Assembly: GCA_043719085.1 (NCBI GenBank)
Contig: JAYSUK010000052.1
Location: forward strand, 1 to 52,570
DNA: 52,570 nucleotides
Source: Burkholderiales bacterium
GTDB lineage: Bacteria; Pseudomonadota; Gammaproteobacteria; Burkholderiales; Casimicrobiaceae
Direction: 5' to 3'
A program made the position numbers and the translations under genes. Positions 17,835 through 26,019 of the stretch are shown one piece after another. The notes below the pieces were generated by a model, which worked only from the letters and a program-made list of their open reading frames with translations, searched no databases and was not told the DNA's origin. Positions within the stretch are counted from its first letter, which is position 1, and each line of letters begins with the position of its first letter.

Positions 17835-18503
17835 ATGGAACACACCTCAAAACAATTCGAGATCGAGCTGGAAGACCTGAGGAGCGGACTACTCGCTATG
17901 GGCGGCATGGTCGAGGCGCAATTTGAGCGCGCGCTGGAGGCGATTGCCTCGGGCGACGAAGAGCTGGTTGAAGTCGTGCTGCGTGAAGAAAAGCGCGTCA
18001 ACGACAAACAAATCGAACTCGACCGCAAAAGCATGGAAATCATCGCCAAACGGCAACCCGCTGCGGTGGATTTGCGGCAGATTATTTGCACTATGCAAGC
18101 CGTGAATGATCTCGAACGCATCGGCGACGAGATCAAAAAAATCGCTCAACGCGCCAAGCACTTTCAGGCGTCCGAGCGTTTTCAAACGCTGCGTCTGAAC
18201 GAAGTCAAACGCATTGGTAGCGTCGCTCAAGAAATGCTTAAGGAATCACTGAACGCATTCGCACGGCTCGATGTGATTTCAGCGAGTGAAGTGATCGGTC
18301 GCGACGAAGCCGTTGACGGCGAGTTCGAGCGCATCATGCGCTTGCTCGTTACCTACATGATGGAAGACCCACGCACCATCAGCGCCGGCTTGGACGTGGC
18401 GTTCCTGGCGAAAGCCATCGAGCGCGTCGCTGATCACGCCAAAAACATCGGCGAGTATGTGATTCATATTGTGCAGGGCAAAGACCCTCGTCACGCGGGA
18501 TAG
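17835..18503 (+). CDS. phoU: Phosphate signalling protein
   Basis: RQPAAVDLR, DLERIGD, IERVADHAKNIGEYVI. Confidence 0.96.
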   Translation: MEHTSKQFEIELEDLRSGLLAMGGMVEAQFERALEAIASGDEELVEVVLREEKRVNDKQIELDRKSMEIIAKRQPAAVDLRQIICTMQAVNDLERIGDEIKKIAQRAKHFQASERFQTLRLNEVKRIGSVAQEMLKESLNAFARLDVISASEVIGRDEAVDGEFERIMRLLVTYMMEDPRTISAGLDVAFLAKAIERVADHAKNIGEYVIHIVQGKDPRHAG

Positions 18504-18850
18504 TCGAGCGGCACCGTAGTCCGTCACGCACGCCGTGGTTTGCGCGAAAACGCCTACACAATTCACCGTGCTTTGCCCACAGGTCGTTTGACTTTGACGC
18601 GCAGTTGACAGCGCTGCCAGCGCGTGGTGACGCGAGCATGAAGCGCGATTAACGAGAGTGATCGCCGCCTAAGAATGGTCGCAACCGGCAGATGCAAACT
18701 GCTGCGGATGTCGCCTTGCGCCAATCGCCTGCGTCTATGCACATACCAAGCACTCAATGCAGTGATTGGCAAATCAAAGCCTTCCTGGGTTAGTGTCAAT
18801 TTGTGACGTGTTGCCCCATCCACGCTGCCCAACACCTATTGGAGTTCGAT

Positions 18851-19927
18851 ATGAAACACGCCCCAAAGTCCCGTCTTGTCGCTGGTTTGCTGTGCTCATT
18901 CGGCCTCCTCTGCGCCGCGGCACCGGTGGCTAGCGCCGTCCCGACGCTCCCCACCGGATACATCCCGTTCATCCCTACCGTCTTCATACCGTTTTTGATA
19001 CCGAAACCGATTGTGGCCACCTGCGATTTGTCCAGTGGAAACGGCGGTGTCGACTGGTTTGTGACCCGCGATCTGCGTGTCACAAGCTACGCGGGTTGGT
19101 CGGCTGACGCGATCACCTTTCGCTACGAAGCCAGTGCCACCGGCAGCTACAAATTTCGCATCGTGATCCGCGAAACCGATCGCTTCGGCGATACCATCAC
19201 TCGATCTGAGCTCAGAACCATTTCACTGACCGGCGGCATCGCGGCCAACGTCACCACCTATTTCGGTAACGTATACGTCGGAGACGCGGTGGCGCTGTCA
19301 ATCTCGCACGACGAGGTGACCGGGCCTGGCCAGCTCTACTTCAAACAAAGCACCACCGTGGGCTGCAATAGAGCCACGCTCACCGAGTCGAACGGCTCAT
19401 TGCCCGGCCCGGCGGTTGATATCGGATTTATTCTGCGCGGTGAAACCACGCATGCCAAAGCCGAAGTGGTGGAGTACCGCCTACCAGCATCAAACAAATA
19501 CTTCATAACTAGCGACACCGCCGAAAAAGCCGCGCTCGACGCGCGCCCCGATCTATTCGTGCGCACCGGGCAAAAATTCTCAGTCCCCGCAAAAAATGTG
19601 TACGGCAATGTGTTTGATGTGTACCGCTTTTACGCACCGGCACCCGGCGCACAGTCGCACGTTTTTGTCACCAAGTCAGACTACGACTTGATTGTTTCGC
19701 TGCCCAACACGGGGCTCGTCAATGAGGGCTCTGAGTTCGGCATGATCCGCCCCGATAACGCGGGCACCTGCCCGAGCTGGTCGCCCACCAGGGTCTACCG
19801 CTCCTACCGAAACAGCGCCACGGTGAGCCAACGCAATCACCGCTACAGCACAAGCCTTGCCACCCACAACGCCATGATCGCCCAAGGCTGGATCAACGAA
19901 GGCGTAGTCTTCTGCGCTTATCTATAG
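18851..19927 (+). CDS. Secreted protein with C-terminal DUF5648-like domain
   Basis: GGAG RBS; signal peptide; beta-rich middle; VVEY..KYFIT..E...LD, VYRFY, NHRYS, GWINEGVVFC. Confidence 0.75.
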   Translation: MKHAPKSRLVAGLLCSFGLLCAAAPVASAVPTLPTGYIPFIPTVFIPFLIPKPIVATCDLSSGNGGVDWFVTRDLRVTSYAGWSADAITFRYEASATGSYKFRIVIRETDRFGDTITRSELRTISLTGGIAANVTTYFGNVYVGDAVALSISHDEVTGPGQLYFKQSTTVGCNRATLTESNGSLPGPAVDIGFILRGETTHAKAEVVEYRLPASNKYFITSDTAEKAALDARPDLFVRTGQKFSVPAKNVYGNVFDVYRFYAPAPGAQSHVFVTKSDYDLIVSLPNTGLVNEGSEFGMIRPDNAGTCPSWSPTRVYRSYRNSATVSQRNHRYSTSLATHNAMIAQGWINEGVVFCAYL

Positions 19928-19939
19928 TTGACGTCGCCG

Positions 19940-19974
19940 ACGAAAAAAAGCCAGCGCTTGCTGGCTTTTTTCGT
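19940..19974. terminator. Bidirectional intrinsic terminator
   Basis: AAAAAAGCCAGC-gctt-GCTGGCTTTTTT between convergent genes. Confidence 0.85.
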
Positions 19975-19994
19975 TGCGTCAGTCATGCCGAGAG

Positions 19995-22211
19995 CTAGCC
20001 AAATCGCGCAACATGCATCACACGCTGTCCGTAGGATCGCCACGAGTTTGTGTCGCGTTTCAGCGCGGCACCGCTCGCGCAGTACTCAAATCCGCGAACG
20101 CCGGGGGCGCCAAATTCAGCTACCGCCACCACCGGCGTGTCGCCTTCCAGAGGCCTTGTGGATTGCACCACCGGGCCGATGGCGAGCGCCGTGCCTGCTT
20201 TCACAAACACCGGAATGCGTTCCAGATCATAGTTAAGCGTGATCACCTCGCCGCCGTCGATGTGCATGCCGCTCCATAGTTCAAACCAGCCGCCAGGGTG
20301 GTCCGGCAGGTAGCCTTCGACGTCACCTTGTGCGTTGAGTACGGGCATCACGATGAGCTGAGGGCCGCAGTAAAACTGAAGTTCGAATGCCCGTGCAATG
20401 CGGTCTTCAGGATGCATGATGGCCATGGAGCGCATCACCGGCAGGCCCGTCTTCACCGCAAGGTCGCAGGCACCCCGCAAATAGGGAAGCAGCTTGTAGC
20501 GAATCTCGAAGAATTCACGGGCAATGCGTTCAACGTTTTTTCCAAAACACCACGGCTCACGCGCGCCGATGCCGTGAATGCGGAAGTGAGAGGCGAACAC
20601 CGCTGCTTGCACCCAGCGCAGATACAGTGCCGGTTCGGGCTGGGTTGCACCGTAAAAACCACCGACGTCGGTGGCGTGAAACGGTGTACCCGAATGGCCG
20701 TGATTCATGCTGGCGCGCAGGCTATTGGCCAAGCCCTCCCAGTCGCTCTGCGGGTCGCCGCCCCATTGCACGGGGTGCCGCTGCGAGCCGATCCACGCGG
20801 CGCGTCCCCACACGCACGCTTCGTCGCCGTAGGCTTCGCGTGATGCCTCGTACACGCACTGGTTATACAGATGCGCGTTGACGTTGTGAACCCGTGCGCC
20901 GGTGTCGCGATTGTGGGCGAGCGCATCGTGCGGCACCTGTTCACCGAAATCGCTCTTGATCGTATCGATGCCGAGTTCCCACAATTTCTTGTGTTCGTCG
21001 CGCCACCATGCGTAGGCGGCGGGATTGGTGAAATCAACTAATCCCGATGGCGGCAATGGTGTGAGTGTCGGGCCGAACGGCGTCGTCTTTTTGCCAATGT
21101 CCCACTCAAAAATCAGCTCAGAGCCATCGGCGTTTTTAAGGAAGTAGTTGCTCTGCTCGTACTTGCGATACTCGGGATGATGCACCGAAACGAGCGGATA
21201 TTCCCAAGCGCAAATTTTGTAGTCGAGCGCTTTGAGTTCCCCCATCACTCGCTTGGGATCGGGATAGCGTGACGGATCGAAATTGAAGTGAAATCGCGTC
21301 GGCGTGTCCTGCCAGGCGCGGCCGTCGAAAGTGATGACGTCGACTGGAAACTTGCGTTCGCGAAACTCGCGCGCGGTATTCGAAATGTCGGCTTCGTCCT
21401 TGTAATATGCGCGACTGATCCACACGCCGAGCGACCATAGAGGCACGTTGGCAGGCTTGCCGGTGATGCGGTGATAGGCGGCAATCACGTCTTGTGGCGT
21501 ATCGCCTGCGAAGAAAAACAAATCGAGTTGCGGCTCGTCAATGACAACTACATAGCTGCGATTCGACCATTGCGCATAACCCACGCCGTGCGCCACATCC
21601 ACCGTAGTGTGGGCAAGGATTCCCCAGCAACCATTCGCTGTGATGGCCCATGAAAACGGCGTATTTTTGTAGCTCAAATCGGTGTTGACGCCGAGGGCGT
21701 CTTCAACACGTGAACTTACGAGTTGACCGCGCTTGTTAAGTGCGCCGCCCTTTTCGCCAAGGCCGTAAACCGGCGTGTCAGACGACAGTGCAAATGCTGC
21801 AACCGCTTGCGTGGGTGTCAATCCAAACGCCGCCACGCGCGTTGCCTCCAGCGGTTTTGCCATGCCACGAAATTGCTCGTCAGTGATACTGGTAAGGAGT
21901 GTTTTCCCTTTGTGATGCAAGGTCAAGTGCAGCGCGTTTGTTGCGTCGCTGGCAAGCGCCAGCGTGGCTCGCCCCGATTTGATACTGATTGATGATTCAC
22001 CACGCTCCGTGGCACCGAATTCCGGCTTGGCGATGACCAACCCGTAGTCAGGTTTACTCATCGGATTGACGCGCAAACGAAACACGCCGCCACCGTAACT
22101 TTCCGCCGACATCTCGACTGATCGCCCATCGAGCGAAATTGCGGTTGAATCGTGCTGTGAAGCCTTGCTCGCCCCGAGTGAAATCAGGCGGTCGAATTGA
22201 GTGAAATCCAT
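19995..22211 (-). CDS. GH31 glycoside hydrolase (YicI alpha-xylosidase-like)
   Basis: YGLGE, DFTNP.A..WW, nucleophile IKSDFGE, acid/base WGGD, TDVGGF, RIHG..REPW. Confidence 0.88.
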   Translation of the reverse strand: MDFTQFDRLISLGASKASQHDSTAISLDGRSVEMSAESYGGGVFRLRVNPMSKPDYGLVIAKPEFGATERGESSISIKSGRATLALASDATNALHLTLHHKGKTLLTSITDEQFRGMAKPLEATRVAAFGLTPTQAVAAFALSSDTPVYGLGEKGGALNKRGQLVSSRVEDALGVNTDLSYKNTPFSWAITANGCWGILAHTTVDVAHGVGYAQWSNRSYVVVIDEPQLDLFFFAGDTPQDVIAAYHRITGKPANVPLWSLGVWISRAYYKDEADISNTAREFRERKFPVDVITFDGRAWQDTPTRFHFNFDPSRYPDPKRVMGELKALDYKICAWEYPLVSVHHPEYRKYEQSNYFLKNADGSELIFEWDIGKKTTPFGPTLTPLPPSGLVDFTNPAAYAWWRDEHKKLWELGIDTIKSDFGEQVPHDALAHNRDTGARVHNVNAHLYNQCVYEASREAYGDEACVWGRAAWIGSQRHPVQWGGDPQSDWEGLANSLRASMNHGHSGTPFHATDVGGFYGATQPEPALYLRWVQAAVFASHFRIHGIGAREPWCFGKNVERIAREFFEIRYKLLPYLRGACDLAVKTGLPVMRSMAIMHPEDRIARAFELQFYCGPQLIVMPVLNAQGDVEGYLPDHPGGWFELWSGMHIDGGEVITLNYDLERIPVFVKAGTALAIGPVVQSTRPLEGDTPVVAVAEFGAPGVRGFEYCASGAALKRDTNSWRSYGQRVMHVARFG

Positions 22212-22230
22212 TTTGAAGTTTGTATGTGGC

Positions 22231-23052
22231 TCAGTAGGCCGCTGTGGGCGCGGTCAGCGTGGGTGTATCGGTCATGGGCACGTCGGTGGCAAGCTCGCGA
22301 ATGCGATGCAATCCCGCTTTTGCTGCTCCCATCAATAGCCCCAAATCGCTCGCGTGTGACACGAAGTTGAAGCCGATGGAATATGCCCAATTTATTTGCT
22401 CCGGCGTGGCCAGCACGGTGCCCAGCGGCACACCGGCACGACGGCAAAATCCCGCCACTTCGGTCATCATCTCTTTGACTTGCGGGTGATTGACGTCGCC
22501 GCCGTGGCCGAGCGAAATGGACAAATCCCCAGGCCCGACGAACAGCCCGTCGATGCCCGGCACGCCTGCGATCTGCATGGCTGCTGCCATGGCCTGCGGC
22601 GTCTCCAGCTGGGCGATGACACACACCTCCTGATTGGCGCGTTCGACGTAGTCCGGGATGGTGTTGTAGCGGCTTGCCCGATGCATGCGCGCAAATCCAC
22701 GGTCACCGAAGGGCGGGTAGCGGCAGGCGCGCGCCAGTTCATGAGCTTCGTCAACCGTGTTCACCATGGGAAAACACAGGGACAGCGCGCCCATGTCGAG
22801 CGCAAATTTAATCTGCGTCTTGTCGTGCGAGGCCATGCGCACGAGTGCGGCGGTCGGGCTCTCAGCGGTGGCTTGCAGTAGCGCGTGCAGGCCATAGGTT
22901 TGTGCCGTGGAATGCTCGATATCGAGCACCAGATAGTCGTAGCCAACATTGGCCATCAGCTCGGCCATCACAGTCGAACCGGACATGAACCAGCCACCGG
23001 TTAAAAGTTTCCGTTTGAGCAGAGCGTGTTTGAATGGATTGTGTAGAGCCAT
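22231..23052 (-). CDS. HpcH/HpaI-family 2-keto-3-deoxy-sugar-acid aldolase
   Basis: LDIEHS, ALDMGA, CRYPPFGDRG, IAQLET, DGLFVGPGDLS. Confidence 0.9.
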   Translation of the reverse strand: MALHNPFKHALLKRKLLTGGWFMSGSTVMAELMANVGYDYLVLDIEHSTAQTYGLHALLQATAESPTAALVRMASHDKTQIKFALDMGALSLCFPMVNTVDEAHELARACRYPPFGDRGFARMHRASRYNTIPDYVERANQEVCVIAQLETPQAMAAAMQIAGVPGIDGLFVGPGDLSISLGHGGDVNHPQVKEMMTEVAGFCRRAGVPLGTVLATPEQINWAYSIGFNFVSHASDLGLLMGAAKAGLHRIRELATDVPMTDTPTLTAPTAAY

Positions 23053-23057
23053 GATGT

Positions 23058-24812
23058 TCAGAAGATAGTGGGTTCAGGCAGCAATTCTGCGCCTTGTAAA
23101 AAGTCAAAATCCGCGCCAACGTCCGCTTGTGTGACGTGCTGCTGATAGAGCGCAGCGTAGCTACGGTTGTAGCGCAACGTGGCGGGTTTGGCGAGTAGCC
23201 AATCGGCGTGCCGTTGAGCGAGTATTTCCTGCGGAACTTGCAGCGTGATAAGGCGCGACTCTACGTCAAGCGCAATCAGGTCGCCCTCGCGCACCAGCGC
23301 TAGCGGGCCGCCCACTGCGGCCTCCGGGCAGACATGCAAAACGCAGGTGCCGTAGTGGGTGCCGCTCATGCGCGCGTCCGAGATGCGCACCATGTCGCGC
23401 ACCCCTTGCTCCAGCAGTTTTTTTGGGATCGGCAGGTTGCCCGCTTCCGGCATACCTGGTGCACCGACCGGACCGACATTTTTGAGCACGAGGATCGAAT
23501 CTTTGGTGACATTTAAATCAGGCGCATCGATGCGCGCCTGCATGTCGGCGAAATTCTCGAACACGACGGCGGGGCCAATGTGCTTGAGCAGATGCGGCGA
23601 TGCTGCGGACGGCTTCATCACGGCACCGCGTGGCGCGAGATTGCCGGTGACGACAGCAATGGCCTGCTTTGAGACGGGGTTTTCAAGCGGGCGAATGATG
23701 TCGCTGTTAAACACTTTTGCAGCGCTCAAGTGTTCACCTAAGGTGTGCCCTGTCACCGTGCCGGTGGACGTGTCGAGATGCGTCTCAATCTGCTTGAGCA
23801 AGCCCTGCAAGCCGCCCGCAAAGAAGAAGTCCTCCATCAACGCGTCCCCTGCTGGCATGATGTTGGCAAGCACTGGAATCGCTTTGTTGTAACGCTCCCA
23901 AACATCAAGCGGCAGCTTGATGCCAAGCCGCCCGGCCATCGCCGGCAAATGCACGCAGGCATTGGTTGATCCGCCAATCGCGAGCACCGTTTTTACGGCA
24001 TTGTGAAAGCTCGCTTCCACGCAAATATCGCGCGGCTTCAGGTCTTCCATCACCATCGCCACGATTCGCTCGCCCACTTGCGAACACATGCGTGGATGGT
24101 GCGAATCCATCGCCGGAATCGATTGCGCCCCGGGCAAACAAAACCCCAAAACCTCGGCCACCGCCGTCATCGTGGTTGCCGTGCCCGCTGTGTTGCACGT
24201 GCCGGGGCTGCGGGTCATGCACCCCTCCAGCTCCTGCCAGTCGTCGTCACCAAAACGCCCGGCGCGACGCTCGTTCCAGAACTTCATGGTGTGCGTGCCG
24301 GTGCCGACTTTTTGCCCTTGAAACGAGGCGTTTGAAGACGCGCCAGCGGGGATGAAAATCGACGGCAGATTAGTTGAGAACGCTCCCATCAACAGCGCCG
24401 GCGTGGTCTTGTCGCAACCGCCCATGAGCACCACGCCATCGATCGGATGCGAGCGCATCAGCTCTTCGGTTTCCATCGCCAGAAAGTTGCGATAGAGCAT
24501 GGTGGTCGGCTTGACCCACACCTCACCCAGGCTCATCGCGGGCAATTCAATCGGCCAGCCACCCGCACGCAGCACACCTTCGCGCACCTTCTGCGCGCGT
24601 TCACGCAGATGCGAGTGACAGGTTGAAATATCGCTCCAGGTGTTGATGATGCCGATGACCGGGCGACCCATGAAGTCGCTGCGGTTCCAGCCCACCTGTG
24701 CGAGCCGCGCACGGTGTGAAAAGGTGCGCATGCCGTCGCCAGCGAGCCAGCGCTGGCTACGCAAATCTTCGACGCGTTTGATGCGTTTTTTTTGCGGGTT
24801 CACTCGAATCAC
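23058..24812 (-). CDS. IlvD/Edd-family sugar-acid dehydratase (AraD/XylD-like)
   Basis: KPTTMLYRNF, GGCDKTTP, GTCNTAGTA, GGSTNA, GAPGMPE, ISDARMSGT; GTG start. Confidence 0.92.
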   Translation of the reverse strand: MIRVNPQKKRIKRVEDLRSQRWLAGDGMRTFSHRARLAQVGWNRSDFMGRPVIGIINTWSDISTCHSHLRERAQKVREGVLRAGGWPIELPAMSLGEVWVKPTTMLYRNFLAMETEELMRSHPIDGVVLMGGCDKTTPALLMGAFSTNLPSIFIPAGASSNASFQGQKVGTGTHTMKFWNERRAGRFGDDDWQELEGCMTRSPGTCNTAGTATTMTAVAEVLGFCLPGAQSIPAMDSHHPRMCSQVGERIVAMVMEDLKPRDICVEASFHNAVKTVLAIGGSTNACVHLPAMAGRLGIKLPLDVWERYNKAIPVLANIMPAGDALMEDFFFAGGLQGLLKQIETHLDTSTGTVTGHTLGEHLSAAKVFNSDIIRPLENPVSKQAIAVVTGNLAPRGAVMKPSAASPHLLKHIGPAVVFENFADMQARIDAPDLNVTKDSILVLKNVGPVGAPGMPEAGNLPIPKKLLEQGVRDMVRISDARMSGTHYGTCVLHVCPEAAVGGPLALVREGDLIALDVESRLITLQVPQEILAQRHADWLLAKPATLRYNRSYAALYQQHVTQADVGADFDFLQGAELLPEPTIF

Positions 24813-24860
24813 TCTCTGGCAAACGCCCTACAAACGGGTCGTAAAGAATAGCACAAAGCA

Positions 24861-24904
24861 GCTCAAGTCATATAGATCATCTAGATGATCTATATGACTT
24901 GAGC
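24861..24904. promoter_or_regulatory. Perfect 44-bp palindrome in a divergent intergenic region
   Basis: GCTCAAGTCATATAGATCATCT|AGATGATCTATATGACTTGAGC, no spacer and no mismatch; function inferred only. Confidence 0.6.
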
Positions 24905-24932
24905 GCAGAAATCCCCCCGATAATGTCATCCT

Positions 24933-25847
24933 ATGGACTATCAGGCCACTCTTGACCGCATTCACAGCGCGCTGAAACCGATCATCGGCGAAGGCAAAGT
25001 GGCCTCGTATATCCCCGAGCTTGCCAGCATTGCAGCGGATCAATTTGGCATGGCGGTCGTGGACTTTTCAGGCAATGTGTACGCAGTCGGCGATGCGACG
25101 AAGCGTTTTTCGATTCAGTCGATCTCAAAGCTGTTTGCGCTGACGCTCGCCTTTCAACGCGAAGGGGATTCGGTGTGGACGCGCGTGGGGCGAGAGCCTT
25201 CTGGCAGTCCCTTTAATTCGCTGGTGCAGCTTGAGGCGGAGCACGGCATTCCGCGCAATCCGTTCATCAATGCCGGGGCGCTGGTGATCACCGACATGCT
25301 TGCAAGCCGCAGTGTCAATGCGGCACAGTCGCTGGTAGATTTTGTGCGTCGGTTGAGCGGCGTGGCGGACATCACCTACAACACGAAGGTCGCGCAGAGT
25401 GAAATTAGCACTTCGTCGCGTAACGCGGCGATGGCGCATTTTATGAAGAGTTTCGGTAATTTGAACAACAAGGTAGGCGAGGTGTTGCATGCCTATTGCC
25501 ATCACTGCGCCATCGAAATGAACTGCGTGGAGCTGGCGCGTGCGGTGTGCTTTCTCGCCAATCAGGGTGTGAATCCGTGGACGGGCGAGACCGAGGTTGA
25601 CGCCAGTTCCGCAAAACGCCTGTCGGCTTTGATGCTGACGTGCGGCACCTATGACGCGGCGGGCGACTTCGCGTTTCGCGTGGGCTTACCGGCGAAAAGC
25701 GGCGTGGGCGGCGGAATTGTGGCGATTCTGCCGGGGCAGTGCGGCATTTGCGTATGGTCGCCCGCGCTGGAAGAAAGCGGCAACAGTCACGCCGGTTCGT
25801 TGGCGCTGGAGATGTTTACTTCGATCACCAAATTGTCTATTTTTTAG
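24933..25847 (+). CDS. glsA: Glutaminase
   Basis: GKVASYIPELA, FSIQSISK, EPSGSPFNS, NPFINAGA, PAKSGVGGG. Confidence 0.95.
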   Translation: MDYQATLDRIHSALKPIIGEGKVASYIPELASIAADQFGMAVVDFSGNVYAVGDATKRFSIQSISKLFALTLAFQREGDSVWTRVGREPSGSPFNSLVQLEAEHGIPRNPFINAGALVITDMLASRSVNAAQSLVDFVRRLSGVADITYNTKVAQSEISTSSRNAAMAHFMKSFGNLNNKVGEVLHAYCHHCAIEMNCVELARAVCFLANQGVNPWTGETEVDASSAKRLSALMLTCGTYDAAGDFAFRVGLPAKSGVGGGIVAILPGQCGICVWSPALEESGNSHAGSLALEMFTSITKLSIF

Positions 25848-25850
25848 TAT

Positions 25851-25964
25851 GGCTTTTTGCTGAGATGCTTATTTATTTGGGGATAAGCGGCGATAAATCA
25901 TAAAGTCGATAATCTGCAAAAAGGCGGATTAGCCCAAGCTCAACAAGACTTTCAGCTAAAAGCT
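25851..25964. repeat. 114-bp dyad element, copy A
   Basis: GGCTTTTTGCTGAGA...GGGATA...GTCGAT...TAGCCC...TTTCAGCTAAAAGCT; ungapped register with copies B and C. Confidence 0.8.
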
Positions 25965-26019
25965 GATCACGGTTCTGGGCGCTCGATCGGTAGAAATCCC
26001 GGCTGCTATGCTGCCGCTG

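Noticed and set aside
18504-18850. Long intergenic region checked for a riboswitch or sRNA
   Set aside because: No recognisable aptamer motif or convincing structure by eye
24861-24904. Protelomerase (tel) site as a firm call
   Set aside because: No protelomerase or phage genes in the window and the flanks are ordinary metabolic genes; kept only as an alternative
25851-25964. 114-bp element read as a MITE, a Tn3 res site or an intrinsic terminator
   Set aside because: No TSD and dissimilar interiors argue against a MITE; full dyad symmetry and no resolvase argue against res; there is no compact GC hairpin with a U-tract
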